From NCBI GenBank assembly GCA_022821645.1, contig JAJEDE010000022.1, positions 174,564 through 238,563 on the forward strand: 64,000 bases of DNA, given 5' to 3'. Shown one piece after another: positions 20,138 through 29,637 of this stretch; positions within the stretch are counted from its first letter, which is position 1; each line of letters opens with the position of its first letter. Source of the stretch: Chloroflexota bacterium. GTDB lineage: Bacteria > Chloroflexota > UBA11872. The position numbers were made by a program, and so were the translations under genes. Below the pieces are notes generated by a model. That model had not been told where the DNA came from, did no database searches, and saw only the letters and a program-made list of their open reading frames with translations.

Positions 20138-20272
20138 ACGCGGCAGCATCCGGGCCATTCTGGCCAATTCGCCGCCGGTACCACTACTGGCCGAGGAAAC
20201 GCTGCCTGGGTGCGCGACATCGCTCAGACTGGAGTAGGCTTTGCTTTCAGTACGAGCGTCTCGAGGAGCAAT

Positions 20273-20683
20273 GTGAGCGGCCCCGAATCCGGCCCGGTTT
20301 GGAACGTCGAAGAATTCCCGTCCAGCTACAACGGCGTCCCCATCGAGTGGGATCCCGAGCGCTACGACACGGCGGCCATGCCCTTCATCGTGGCAATTCG
20401 TCAGCACTTCTGGTCGTGGCGGATCACCCGCTTTGCCGCCGCCACCGGCCTGATCGAAATCGACCTGGGTTTGCCCAGCGTGATGCCCGACGGGATGACC
20501 ATGATCGGCTTCGACCCGGGCGACGAGCCGCCGGCGGCACTGCTGGACGAGCTGGCCGAACTCCTGCACGGCATGGGCCGCGTGATGCTGGATGACGCCT
20601 GGACCTATCGCCTGCGCGTCTCTGATGGTGTGAAGACCGAGCAGCACGAGGGCGAGTTCGGCGGCTCGGCGGCGGCTGGCTGA
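20273..20683 (+). CDS. hypothetical acidic protein
   Basis: GAGGAG RBS before GTG 20273; TGATG coupling to the next gene; coding-like codon usage. Confidence 0.65.
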   Translation: MSGPESGPVWNVEEFPSSYNGVPIEWDPERYDTAAMPFIVAIRQHFWSWRITRFAAATGLIEIDLGLPSVMPDGMTMIGFDPGDEPPAALLDELAELLHGMGRVMLDDAWTYRLRVSDGVKTEQHEGEFGGSAAAG

Positions 20684-21483
20684 TGTGGCCGAAGTCGACT
20701 GAAGCAGCGTTGATTGCGGATCGCACCTATCTGCGGGACTACGCGGGCTGGGTCTCGTCCATTCACGGCGTGGAGGCGCGTGCGCTGGTCGCGGCCATTC
20801 GCCAGGCCGACGACCGCAATTTGCGCAAAGCCCTGAGCACCCGCCTCATGCAGTCGCGGGTCAGCGCGCTGCTCTCTATCGGGTTCCTGTACGTTGCCGT
20901 TCGCGAGCGCTTCGGGTCGTCACTGCTGCAGGCCCGGCTGCGCGCCGATGCCGCCGCCGCACGCACCGCGCTGCGCGAGGCGTCGCTGGCATCCAGCGCC
21001 GGGCTCTGGCGGTTTTTGCGATTGCCCGAACCTTCCGAACTCCGGCAGGCCGACATGGACCCGGCCGCGGTGAATGAGTACGTGGACTCCGGCGAGCAGC
21101 GCCTGGCCAACCTTGCCCGCATAGGCCAACTCGCTCGCCAGGACATGCTGCTGAGCACCTTGGATGCCGGCCGTCACAACCGCATCATCGTGGCCTCGCC
21201 GCGCAGCGTGGGACTGATCAAGACCGGGCAGGAGTCCGAGTTGCACGGACTCAGCAATACGGCCTTCTACCTGGTGGACCTCTCCGGCGGCGAGTTGCAG
21301 GACGAGGGCGACCTGGTGGCCGTGGCCAGCCCCACCACGCCGGCCGTAATCGAGGAGATTGCCGAGGAGATCGTGTTCATCGACGCAGAAGCGGCTGCAA
21401 CGGCCGCGCTCGTCAGCCTCGTGGCCGATGCCGGACTTCTGGACTCCGGCGATCGAGGACCGGCCCTAGGCGATTTCCTCTAG
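20683..21483 (+). CDS. hypothetical protein
   Basis: 266-aa ORF with protein-like composition, coupled to the upstream gene; no family recognised. Confidence 0.65.
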   Translation: MWPKSTEAALIADRTYLRDYAGWVSSIHGVEARALVAAIRQADDRNLRKALSTRLMQSRVSALLSIGFLYVAVRERFGSSLLQARLRADAAAARTALREASLASSAGLWRFLRLPEPSELRQADMDPAAVNEYVDSGEQRLANLARIGQLARQDMLLSTLDAGRHNRIIVASPRSVGLIKTGQESELHGLSNTAFYLVDLSGGELQDEGDLVAVASPTTPAVIEEIAEEIVFIDAEAAATAALVSLVADAGLLDSGDRGPALGDFL

Positions 21484-22293
21484 GAATCGCGCATAAAGGC
21501 CGGCCACGTCCGCCTCCTCGCAGGATCCGTCATGCGCCGCGAAACGCGCGCCCACCGTGCGTGACTGGCCGGCTGCCAGGGTGATTTCCTCGTGTCGCCA
21601 GGGGCTGACATACAGCGGACCGTAGTCGCGGGTGAACCATGGGATGCCATCGCTGCCCGGGTGCGGGAAAGTTGCGATGCCCGCCGTCTGGGTTCGGCTG
21701 ACGGGCCCCGAGTAGTCCACCCAGTCCGATACTTGATCAAACGTCTCGGCCTCGTTGACCTGCCCGTTGGCGTTGGTAATGCAACCTCCGTCCAGCACGT
21801 CGATCTGGTCTGAGACCCGGAGGGCCAGCCCGGCTTCCTTGGTCTGGCCCATTCGGATTGGGCGCTCGTCCGCGCGCACGGTGACCGTGACGTCGATCAT
21901 CGTGTGGTCCGGACGCTCACCAATCACGATGACCCGCGAGTCCTGCAGGCAAAGGCCTCCGTCACCGTCCCGCCAGTCGACTTCCTGACGGAACGTCACC
22001 CCATCGTCGCCAATCTCGACGTCGGTTGATGTCAACAGGATGCGCGGCACCGGATGCAATCCCTGGGATTCCGGCGCCCAGAAGTTGACGCCGTCAATGT
22101 CCTCGTGGGCAAACCAGATGCCTAGGTGATGCAGGTGGTCGGCCGTCGCGATCTCGGTGACCACATGGCCGCCCGGGGTCAATACCGGATGGATGTAGGG
22201 GCGGAACTTCCCTTGCTGGACAGCGGCCAGGTAGTGACCGTCGACATAGACCTTTTGCTGATGCTGGAGTTCGCGGACTTCGTACGTTGGCAA
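21466..22293 (-). CDS. PmoA-named (PF14100/DUF6807-type) carbohydrate-associated protein
   Basis: RPYIHPVLTPGG..DHLHHLGIWFAH..VNFW, WVDYSG, WFTRDYG. Confidence 0.75.
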   Translation of the reverse strand: MPTYEVRELQHQQKVYVDGHYLAAVQQGKFRPYIHPVLTPGGHVVTEIATADHLHHLGIWFAHEDIDGVNFWAPESQGLHPVPRILLTSTDVEIGDDGVTFRQEVDWRDGDGGLCLQDSRVIVIGERPDHTMIDVTVTVRADERPIRMGQTKEAGLALRVSDQIDVLDGGCITNANGQVNEAETFDQVSDWVDYSGPVSRTQTAGIATFPHPGSDGIPWFTRDYGPLYVSPWRHEEITLAAGQSRTVGARFAAHDGSCEEADVAGLYARFLEEIA

Positions 22294-22414
22294 GGGATTG
22301 GGTGATCCGGTGGACGGCCGGTTCAGTCTACGGGAACACCAATGTCTACTGGTGCCTGTGCAGATTTCTTAGCCTTGCGGCTCTGGTCGCTTGGGGTGTT
22401 CTAACCTGTTCTGA

Positions 22415-22687
22415 ATGATTGACGACACCCGCTCGTTCGCGCGCTCGCTGGCTGCGCTGCCGCTATTTCTGATCGCGGCGGTTGGCGGCCTGATCGTCGT
22501 TGCCGTGGGCCTGGTATTCCTGGTCGCGGCGACGCTGGTGCTGGCCGTGGCCTCGTTGTTCCGGCCGGACCTGCGACGCGTAATCGTGAGCTTGTGGCGC
22601 GCCGGCCGGGCCGCGCGCGCCTATCGCCGCTGGCAGCGCGGCCCGACCGTGGAAGTCGTGGATATCGACCCGGTGGACCGGCGATAG
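22415..22687 (+). CDS. small membrane protein
   Basis: Long hydrophobic segment followed by an Arg-rich tail. Confidence 0.55.
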   Translation: MIDDTRSFARSLAALPLFLIAAVGGLIVVAVGLVFLVAATLVLAVASLFRPDLRRVIVSLWRAGRAARAYRRWQRGPTVEVVDIDPVDRR

Positions 22688-22697
22688 GGCCGGTGCG

Positions 22698-23681
22698 CTA
22701 GCCCAGGTCCACGGCCTCCCCGGAAGCGGTTGAGCGGGCGATCGCGTCGATGACGCGAATCGTGATGAGGTTGTTGCGGCCGGACAGTTGGGTGTCAACG
22801 CCCTCGTTGATCTGCCTGGCGAACATGTCGGATATCTGTTCCTCCGGGGACATGCCGCCGGGCGGGGGATCGGTCGGGATGGACTCGACCTCGGCGCCGC
22901 GCTTCAGCAGCAGCGAGTCGTTGGTCCGGAGGCCCGAGGTCGCCAGGGCGGCCTCTTCGCACTCGACGGTGAACTGGAACTCGCTATGTCGGGCCTGCGA
23001 GGTTCCCACGTAGGTGGCTGAGGTTCCGTCGTCGAACTCGATGATGGAGTGCACGAGCGATGGTGTGGGCCAGGTGCCCCAGGCCGGTTCAACGCTGATG
23101 CCGCGCACGCGGACCGGAGTGCGCGGGATCGCGCTGAGCAGGGTGTCGATCTGGTGCACGCCCTGCTGCCAGAGGTGCATGTGGGGTGAGTCGTGATACG
23201 GACCGCCGCGCGCCTTGTGGTGGATCATCACCGCGTAGCCGGGCGGACCGTAGGTCTCCTCGCCAAGGTGGCGGCGAATCGTCGGGTACACCGGGTTGAG
23301 CCGGTCGTTCTGGGTCACCAGCAGCTGCAACCCGGCGGCCTCGGCCGTGGCCACGGCGCGCTCGGCGTCCTCCAGGCTCACGGTAAAGGGCTTTTCGACC
23401 ATGACGTGCTTGCCCGCCGCCAGCGCTTCGTCGATGAACGGGGCGTGGATCACGACCGGCGTTACGACCACGACGGCGTCACAGTCGTGCCTGTCCAGGG
23501 CCTCGGTCAGGGAAGAGTGGGCGGCATCGGAACCCAGGTCGGCCAGGTCAAGTCCCTGGGCCATGAAATCGTCGTTGACGTCCACCAGAGCGACCGGTTC
23601 GAAGTCCTCCGACTGAGTCATGACGCCGAGGTGGGAGCGGGCGCGGTTCCAGGCGCCGACGTGGATGGTGCGGATGGCCAT
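22698..23681 (-). CDS. Gfo/Idh/MocA family oxidoreductase
   Basis: DAVVVVTP..H, GKHVMVEKP, HQID. Confidence 0.88.
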   Translation of the reverse strand: MAIRTIHVGAWNRARSHLGVMTQSEDFEPVALVDVNDDFMAQGLDLADLGSDAAHSSLTEALDRHDCDAVVVVTPVVIHAPFIDEALAAGKHVMVEKPFTVSLEDAERAVATAEAAGLQLLVTQNDRLNPVYPTIRRHLGEETYGPPGYAVMIHHKARGGPYHDSPHMHLWQQGVHQIDTLLSAIPRTPVRVRGISVEPAWGTWPTPSLVHSIIEFDDGTSATYVGTSQARHSEFQFTVECEEAALATSGLRTNDSLLLKRGAEVESIPTDPPPGGMSPEEQISDMFARQINEGVDTQLSGRNNLITIRVIDAIARSTASGEAVDLG

Positions 23682-23963
23682 GGGTCTCGTCCCTGCCGGG
23701 TGAGCGCCGCCATTATCGGCGCCAGCGTTGTGCGCGACCAATGACGACCAGGCCCCGTCACAGACTGCACGGTTGAATGCCGTCGGGTCAGACCGCCGCA
23801 GTCACGCCGGAAGCAAATCGAGCCATCGGGCTGCCACGCGCGAGCGTGTCGGAAGCGTCACGACCGATTTGGACTGCCGCCAAACCGGCGCGAATTGGAT
23901 GGCTGCCTTCGACACCCCAGAACAGAAGCCTCGTCAAAACGCCATAGAGGCGAACATCTCGCG

Positions 23964-24992
23964 CTACAGCACGACGCGGCAACCCGACTCCGCCGATTCG
24001 TACGCGGCGTGGACGACCCGCAGGACCTTCACACCATCCTCGGCGGTAATCGGGGGGTCGATCTCGCCCAGGCAGGCGCGCAGCGTGCAATCCACCCAGG
24101 GGGTGTAGCCGCCGCCGCGGCCGTCGTACTCAAAGCGTCGGTCGTTGGAGCCCATCATGGCCGGCGAGATCGAACGCCACTCCAGCGCGTCCGCCTCACC
24201 CTCGTGCGCGCGCACCCAGCCCTCGGAGCCGTACACCGTAAAGCCGTTGTGGCCCTTCTGGTCCATCAGGTAGCCGCTGAACAGCACCCCCAGCGAACCG
24301 CCGGCGAACTTGAAGGTCACGATGCCCAGATCCTCGACGTCGATGGGCGCGCCTCCGGCCACGGCTGTCATGGCCGTCACCTCGGCAATGTCCTCGCCCA
24401 CCAGGTAGCTCAACATGTCCAGGCGGTGGATGCCCAACCAGCTCAGGTGCCCGCCGCCCGCAAGCTTCTTTTGGAACGTCCAGTCCGGGTCGTCCAGTCG
24501 CAACTGGATGCGCGTCTGGTCGTCCACCTGCACCGCACGTACGGCGTACAGGTTGCCAATGCCGTCGCCCTGGATGATTCGGCGGGCGTCCGCAACACTG
24601 GGGCTGATTCGGTTGGCCAGCGCCAGCATCAAGTGCGCACCGTTCGCATCGGCCAGCCCGGCCAGCTCTTCGAACTGCCCGACGTTCACGCAGGCCGGCT
24701 TTTCCGCCATCACGTGCACGCCTGCTTCCAGCAGCGGCCGAATCACGTCCGGGGCATGCGCCGCGATCATGGTCACGATGGCCATGTCGGGTTTCCCGGC
24801 TGCCAGCAGCGAGTCCACCGTCGTGTGGGTCCCGCCCGCCTTGCCGCCAATGGTCTCCACCGATGCGCCAAACGTCGTCCCTCCCGGATCCAACAGTTCC
24901 GCCTGCTCGATCAGGTCGAGATCGCGAATCGCGTCGCGGTACGGCTGCTGGTGGGCAGCGCCCTCCTCAGTGATCAATGCGACCGTGGCCAT
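23964..24992 (-). CDS. Gfo/Idh/MocA family oxidoreductase
   Basis: GVHVMAEKP, AGGGHLSWLGIH.LD, AAYESA. Confidence 0.88.
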   Translation of the reverse strand: MATVALITEEGAAHQQPYRDAIRDLDLIEQAELLDPGGTTFGASVETIGGKAGGTHTTVDSLLAAGKPDMAIVTMIAAHAPDVIRPLLEAGVHVMAEKPACVNVGQFEELAGLADANGAHLMLALANRISPSVADARRIIQGDGIGNLYAVRAVQVDDQTRIQLRLDDPDWTFQKKLAGGGHLSWLGIHRLDMLSYLVGEDIAEVTAMTAVAGGAPIDVEDLGIVTFKFAGGSLGVLFSGYLMDQKGHNGFTVYGSEGWVRAHEGEADALEWRSISPAMMGSNDRRFEYDGRGGGYTPWVDCTLRACLGEIDPPITAEDGVKVLRVVHAAYESAESGCRVVL

Positions 24993-25242
24993 GTCCCAAT
25001 CTCCCGTGCAGGCTGGCGTTCCACGCATGGTAGTCGAGCCGGACCTGCCTGTCGGAACGTCGGCCTGAACCTGCAGTCCTCTGCCCGCTTGGGCCCGACG
25101 AGCGTTATGCCCTACCGGCGGCCAAGGCTCCCGCGCGTATTGTCGCGCGTGGCGCACGGCGCTTATAGATCAGGTGCACGTGCCCTGGGGCAACTCCGTG
25201 AGCGTACGGGGCCGGATTCGGTTGGCGCGGTGCGGCAGGCGA

Positions 25243-26031
25243 CTACGGTTCCAATCCTGAGGTCTCACCCTCAGTCAGAGTTCGGTGGAGTCGCCAGGAG
25301 TAGCAGGCATGACACATGCACTGCGCCGCATTCGCGCTGACGTGAGTCAAACCGTGAAGTCGATCATCCTCACGGTCGAACTTCGGCAAGATTGTGTTGA
25401 AGTCCCATGCAAGCCCTTTCTCGAAGCTCCCCCACGTTGCGTTGGTTACCAGGTCGGCTGCCTGCAGCAACCGCGTTCGCGACGCCCGGGCGAAGAGCGG
25501 AATGTCGGCAAGGTTGCGGGTACGACTCCACTGGGTGCCGTCGCGTAGGATCCGGTCGCCCAGAGTTTCCAGACGCTCACGATAGTTCGACTCCGCGACG
25601 ATCACGAGGCCGCGTTGTGTGTCTCCTAGCTGGTGACGGCGACTCAGCATCAGATCGAAGCGGCTGATCACGTCTTCGAACGCGACCTCATAAGGGTCAC
25701 GGGGAGCGACGTGCACCCGGTCCACTACTGTGGCGAAGAGCACGGGATGTGGCGAGTCGCGAAGCGCTGCATATGCGGCCGTCAGCAACTCACGGCGCTC
25801 TGACCCGGTGAGTTGGTCATACGGCGGCCGAGCGCGTTGACCCTCCCTGACGCGAAGCGGTGACGCGTGCAATTCGACCGAGGCGTGAGTTTCCGGAAAG
25901 AAACGCTGTACCAGCGCATCGAGATCCTGCTTGAGCCAGTACGCGCTGCGCTCGAAGATCGAAAGACCGCCCACCACGACATGACCCGTGCCTGGATGCG
26001 TGCCGGCCTCGTCCAGATACAACAGGTGCAT
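25243..26031 (-). CDS. DUF3800 domain protein (RNase H-like fold) with C-terminal CxCxxC
   Basis: LLYLDEAG, ELHAS, RLLQAADLV (QxAD) motifs; AGGAGG RBS; CMCHAC tail. Confidence 0.85.
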   Translation of the reverse strand: MHLLYLDEAGTHPGTGHVVVGGLSIFERSAYWLKQDLDALVQRFFPETHASVELHASPLRVREGQRARPPYDQLTGSERRELLTAAYAALRDSPHPVLFATVVDRVHVAPRDPYEVAFEDVISRFDLMLSRRHQLGDTQRGLVIVAESNYRERLETLGDRILRDGTQWSRTRNLADIPLFARASRTRLLQAADLVTNATWGSFEKGLAWDFNTILPKFDREDDRLHGLTHVSANAAQCMCHACYSWRLHRTLTEGETSGLEP

Positions 26032-26054
26032 GAAAAATGCCTCCTGCCCAATAA

Positions 26055-26083
26055 CATAGAAAGGGCGACCCACCGGGCCGCCC
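26055..26083 (-). terminator. intrinsic terminator upstream of the DUF3800 ORF
   Basis: GGGCGGCC-CGGTG-GGTCGCCC followed by TTTCTATGTT. Confidence 0.7.
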
Positions 26084-26166
26084 ATAGGCCGACAAAAGAT
26101 CTCCACAATGCAGCCGGCTGGGCGTGAGCCCTACGGACCTTCGGTACCCGAGCAGTCCTGCCAGCC
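26055..26166 (-). ncRNA. candidate DUF3800-associated structured RNA ending in an intrinsic terminator
   Basis: Begins at the predicted TSS with a GGCUGG/CCAGCC closing stem and nested helices, then a second hairpin and a terminator, directly upstream of the DUF3800 RBS. Confidence 0.6.
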
Positions 26167-26172
26167 AAGACA

Positions 26173-26201
26173 ATCGTCCGGATCATGACTGTGACTGTCA
26201 A
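26173..26201 (-). promoter_or_regulatory. sigma70 promoter for the RNA-DUF3800 unit
   Basis: TTGACA-N17-GACGAT on the minus strand. Confidence 0.6.
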
Positions 26202-26403
26202 GCGGTGGTCGTGGGAGGAGGCGCTAGTGGGTCATTTTGACGTCTCAGTGCGGCATGGTGACCTGCGATCCACCAGCGCCTGCGTGGGAGTGACGGAATC
26301 AACGTGACCCATCACCCGGTCTGCCGGCCAAAGCCCCTCACTCCCAAGCGCGTTGCTCGTGGTCGTCACGCGGGTGCTCCGCAGTCAGTCCGCCGCCTTG
26401 CTT

Positions 26404-26778
26404 CTATCCCGCCGTCCCGTCCTTGCGGCGGTGGAGCAGGATCAGGTTGCCGTCGGGGTCGGCTATCCCGGCCGCGTAGCACGATGCCTGTTCGCCGGGC
26501 CCGAGGATGATGTCCACGCCGAGGTGGCGAAGTTCGTCAACGGCTTGGCCGACGTCGTCCACGGCAATGGCAATGGCGCCGCCCTGAACGGCCGCACCGG
26601 CGCCTTCTGGATCCAGGCGAAGGGCGAGAACCGTTGGCGTACTGCCAACCGCGAACTCGACCCAGCCGGGACCTTCCCAGGACTTCAGCGTCATGCCCAA
26701 CGTGTTCTCGTAGAAGTCCGCGCTCCTGGTGATATCGCTGACGTTGTAGACGAAGAAGTCGATCCCCCGTGGTTTCAC
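26404..26778 (-). CDS. VOC / glyoxalase family protein
   Basis: YNVSDITRSADFYENTLG, WVEF, ADPDGNLILLH; AGGAG RBS. Confidence 0.88.
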   Translation of the reverse strand: MKPRGIDFFVYNVSDITRSADFYENTLGMTLKSWEGPGWVEFAVGSTPTVLALRLDPEGAGAAVQGGAIAIAVDDVGQAVDELRHLGVDIILGPGEQASCYAAGIADPDGNLILLHRRKDGTAG

Positions 26779-26905
26779 CAGGTACTCCTACATGGGTGAT
26801 GTTGGACTCGGCACGGCCCAGCCACGCCAGCGGCACACATGCGCCGACGTCGCGTCAGGTGACCTGACGATAGCGAACGGCTGATCCCGGCGGTCCTGTG
26901 ACTGC

Positions 26906-27670
26906 CTACGCGAGTGGACAGGCCCCGCACACGCGGTAGCGCAGAAATACCTCGCCCTCGTGCGTGGCGGTGCTGATCAATTTCAGCTGTTGCAGCTCGT
27001 CGTGCGGCAGCGCCGCCGCACCCTCCACAGCCGTTCGCGGCCTCGGCTCGCCAATGATGGACGGCGTCACCGTGATGAAGAACTCGTCCACCAGCCCCGC
27101 CGTCAGCATGTAGTAATTCAGAATCGCCCCGCCCTCGCATACCAACCGTCGCACGCTGCGCTCCGCTGCCAGGTAACGCATCAGGCCATCCAGGTCAACG
27201 CTGTCCATGCCGATCGTCACGATCTCGGCAACGTCCGCTAGTCCAGGCGTGACATCGGCGGTCTCCGGCACCACGACCACCGGCCGAATCGGATAGCTGC
27301 GGCGCTGAAACACCCGGTCGTTTGGATCGATCTGGCCGGAGTTGGACACCACGATGAACAACGGCGGGCTGTCCAGTCCCCGCCGCCGCCGCTCCCGCTG
27401 CAGCTCCGCGCTCCACATGTAGCGGTCGACCCGCATCCCCAGCGTGCGCGCCCCGTGCAGCACGGCGTCGAAATGGATGCGAAACCGTCGAAACGTCCGC
27501 TGGTCGGCGTCCAGGCTGATCGGCCAATAGTCGGCCGTTGGTCCCGTAATGGCCCCGTCCACCGTCATGACCATCTGGATGGCGGTGTAGGGACGCCAGG
27601 TCCCGCTCGGAAGCTTCAGATCGTCGTAAACGCCGCCCGAGTCGTCCTGCGTGCGTCCCGGCTGCGTCAC
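26906..27670 (-). CDS. RibD C-terminal / dihydrofolate reductase-like protein
   Basis: MTVDGAI, DAVLHGART, LVCEGGAILN, LVDEFFITVTP. Confidence 0.85.
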   Translation of the reverse strand: MTQPGRTQDDSGGVYDDLKLPSGTWRPYTAIQMVMTVDGAITGPTADYWPISLDADQRTFRRFRIHFDAVLHGARTLGMRVDRYMWSAELQRERRRRGLDSPPLFIVVSNSGQIDPNDRVFQRRSYPIRPVVVVPETADVTPGLADVAEIVTIGMDSVDLDGLMRYLAAERSVRRLVCEGGAILNYYMLTAGLVDEFFITVTPSIIGEPRPRTAVEGAAALPHDELQQLKLISTATHEGEVFLRYRVCGACPLA

Positions 27671-27671
27671 C

Positions 27672-28115
27672 CTACTCGGGCGGCAGCTTCACGATGTTCA
27701 GCCAAAAGTCCTGGATCGATGCCACCGCGTGCATGAACTGTTCCAGGTCTACCGGCTTGGTCACGTAGGCGTTCGCATACAGGTCGTACGTGCGCAGGAT
27801 GTCCTGCTCGGCCGCCGAACTGGTCAGCACCACTACGGGAATCCGGTGTAGGTCGGGGTCCGACTTCAGATCCTGCAACACCTCGCGCCCGTCCTTCCGG
27901 GGAAGGTTTAGGTCCAGCAGGATCAGGTCGGGTCGCGGCTGGTCCGCGTATTCACCCTGCCGGCGCACGTAGGCAATGGCCTGTTCACCGTCGATGACCA
28001 CGTTCAGCGTGTTGCGGATCTTGGCTTCGCGCACCGCCTCCTGCGTCAGGCGCACGTCGCCCGGGTTGTCCTCCACCAGCAGAATCTCTATCGGGGCGCC
28101 AGTCTCCTGGGCCAC
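27672..28115 (-). CDS. single-domain response regulator (Rcp1-like)
   Basis: [48 protein letters not shown]. Confidence 0.93.
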   Translation of the reverse strand: MAQETGAPIEILLVEDNPGDVRLTQEAVREAKIRNTLNVVIDGEQAIAYVRRQGEYADQPRPDLILLDLNLPRKDGREVLQDLKSDPDLHRIPVVVLTSSAAEQDILRTYDLYANAYVTKPVDLEQFMHAVASIQDFWLNIVKLPPE

Positions 28116-28196
28116 GTCAGCCCTCCTTTCGCCCGGGGACGTGCCCCAGGTGTTTCGCGCATGGGCGGCTGGCCTGTCCGCGGAAACGGGACCGGC

Positions 28197-29480
28197 TCAA
28201 CTGCCCGTGCCCGCCGCCTCGCCGGCCTTTAGGGTAAACCGAAACGTCGTGCCCTGGCCCTTGGCCGACTCCGGCCAAATCGCCCCCCCGTGCCGTTCCA
28301 CGATCTTCCGGCAGACCGCCAGCCCAATCCCCGTACCCTCGTAGGTGTCCCGCGTATGCAGGCGCTGGAAGACCTGGAAGATCCGGTCAAAGTGCGCTGG
28401 GTCGATGCCGATCCCGTTATCCGCAACCGCGAACTCCCACATCGTGCCTGACCGGCTCGCCGAAACCGTCACCCGCGGCCTGTCAGTCGCATTGAATTTG
28501 ACCGCGTTGCTGATCAGGTTCTGAAACAGCTGCGTCAGTTGAACCCGGTCGCCCAGAACCGCCGGCAGCGGTTCGTGCGAAACCTCGGCGCCGGCCTCGC
28601 CGATGGCCTGTTCCAGGTTGATCAGCGCGTCCCGCAGCGCCGCCTCGCTCTCGGTCGGCTCCAACTCGCCCCCGCGCGTCCCCACGCGCGACAGGTCCAG
28701 CAGCCCGTTCAGCAGCGCCTGCATGCGCCGAGCCCCGTCCACCGCAAACTCGATGAAGTCGTCCGCGTCCGAGTCAAGCCGCCCCCGGTAGCGCCGCTCC
28801 AGCAGCCCAACGTAGCTGGCCACCATCCGCAGCGGCTCCTGCAGGTCGTGCGACGCCACATAGGCAAACTGCTCCAATTCCTCGTTGGACCGCGCCAGTT
28901 CTACCTGGGTGGCCAGCAGCGACTCGATCGACTGCGCGTTGGCCACCGCCCCCGCAATCTGCGCGGCGATCAGTTCCGCCACAGCCTGATCGCGCCCGTC
29001 GTAGGCGTTCGGCGTGCTCGACATGAACCGCATCACCGCGACCACCGTCTGTTCCAGGATGACCGGAACATCCATCCAGGTTCGCAGGCCGGCCGCAATG
29101 CCGTCCTTCAGGCGCGGTGACCGGGCCAGGATCGAAGCGACATTGCTCTCGTCCACGATCTGCGGCTGCTTGCTCCGCACCACCGTCTCGAGGACCTGGC
29201 CGTCCAGTGGATGCCAGACGTCCAGCGTGGCCAGCGGCACGTCGATCCCGGCGTAATAGCGGGACTTGTGCTGCCAGGCCTCGCTATCGACCACCACGAT
29301 CGACAGCCGATCCGCCGGGATCACCGACGTCACCGCCTCGGTAAACCGTTCGTAGACCTCGTCGATGTCCGATGCCGAGGTCATGATTCGCCCAATCTGC
29401 GCCAGCAGCGGCGCAAACTCGACCTCGACCTGTGTCAGGCTCAGTTCGGGCCGCTCGTGCGTCCCGTCTGGTTCGTTCAC
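28197..29480 (-). CDS. GAF-domain sensor histidine kinase
   Basis: LEQFAYVASHDLQEPLR H-box, NLISNAVK, DNGIG, GTGIGL; N-terminal GAF-like region. Confidence 0.92.
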   Translation of the reverse strand: MNEPDGTHERPELSLTQVEVEFAPLLAQIGRIMTSASDIDEVYERFTEAVTSVIPADRLSIVVVDSEAWQHKSRYYAGIDVPLATLDVWHPLDGQVLETVVRSKQPQIVDESNVASILARSPRLKDGIAAGLRTWMDVPVILEQTVVAVMRFMSSTPNAYDGRDQAVAELIAAQIAGAVANAQSIESLLATQVELARSNEELEQFAYVASHDLQEPLRMVASYVGLLERRYRGRLDSDADDFIEFAVDGARRMQALLNGLLDLSRVGTRGGELEPTESEAALRDALINLEQAIGEAGAEVSHEPLPAVLGDRVQLTQLFQNLISNAVKFNATDRPRVTVSASRSGTMWEFAVADNGIGIDPAHFDRIFQVFQRLHTRDTYEGTGIGLAVCRKIVERHGGAIWPESAKGQGTTFRFTLKAGEAAGTGS

Positions 29481-29637
29481 GCCCTACCTTCCCGATTGAC
29501 TTGGTGTTGCGCGTGCATTCTTAGTGCCCAGCGGCTCCACGTGCGCGGAAACTCCTTCACAATTGTTACAGTTTGGACACACTTCGATCGTGAACGACCA
29601 CCGCCGCGAAGCAGCGGCGCCCGCTGGGAGGGGAAGA

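Noticed and set aside
21466-22293. Particulate methane monooxygenase
   Set aside because: Soluble protein of the misleadingly named PmoA family, with no TM helices and no pmoB/pmoC.
28197-29480. Bacteriophytochrome
   Set aside because: No PAS-GAF-PHY architecture and no bilin-binding cysteine; only the kinase core is similar.
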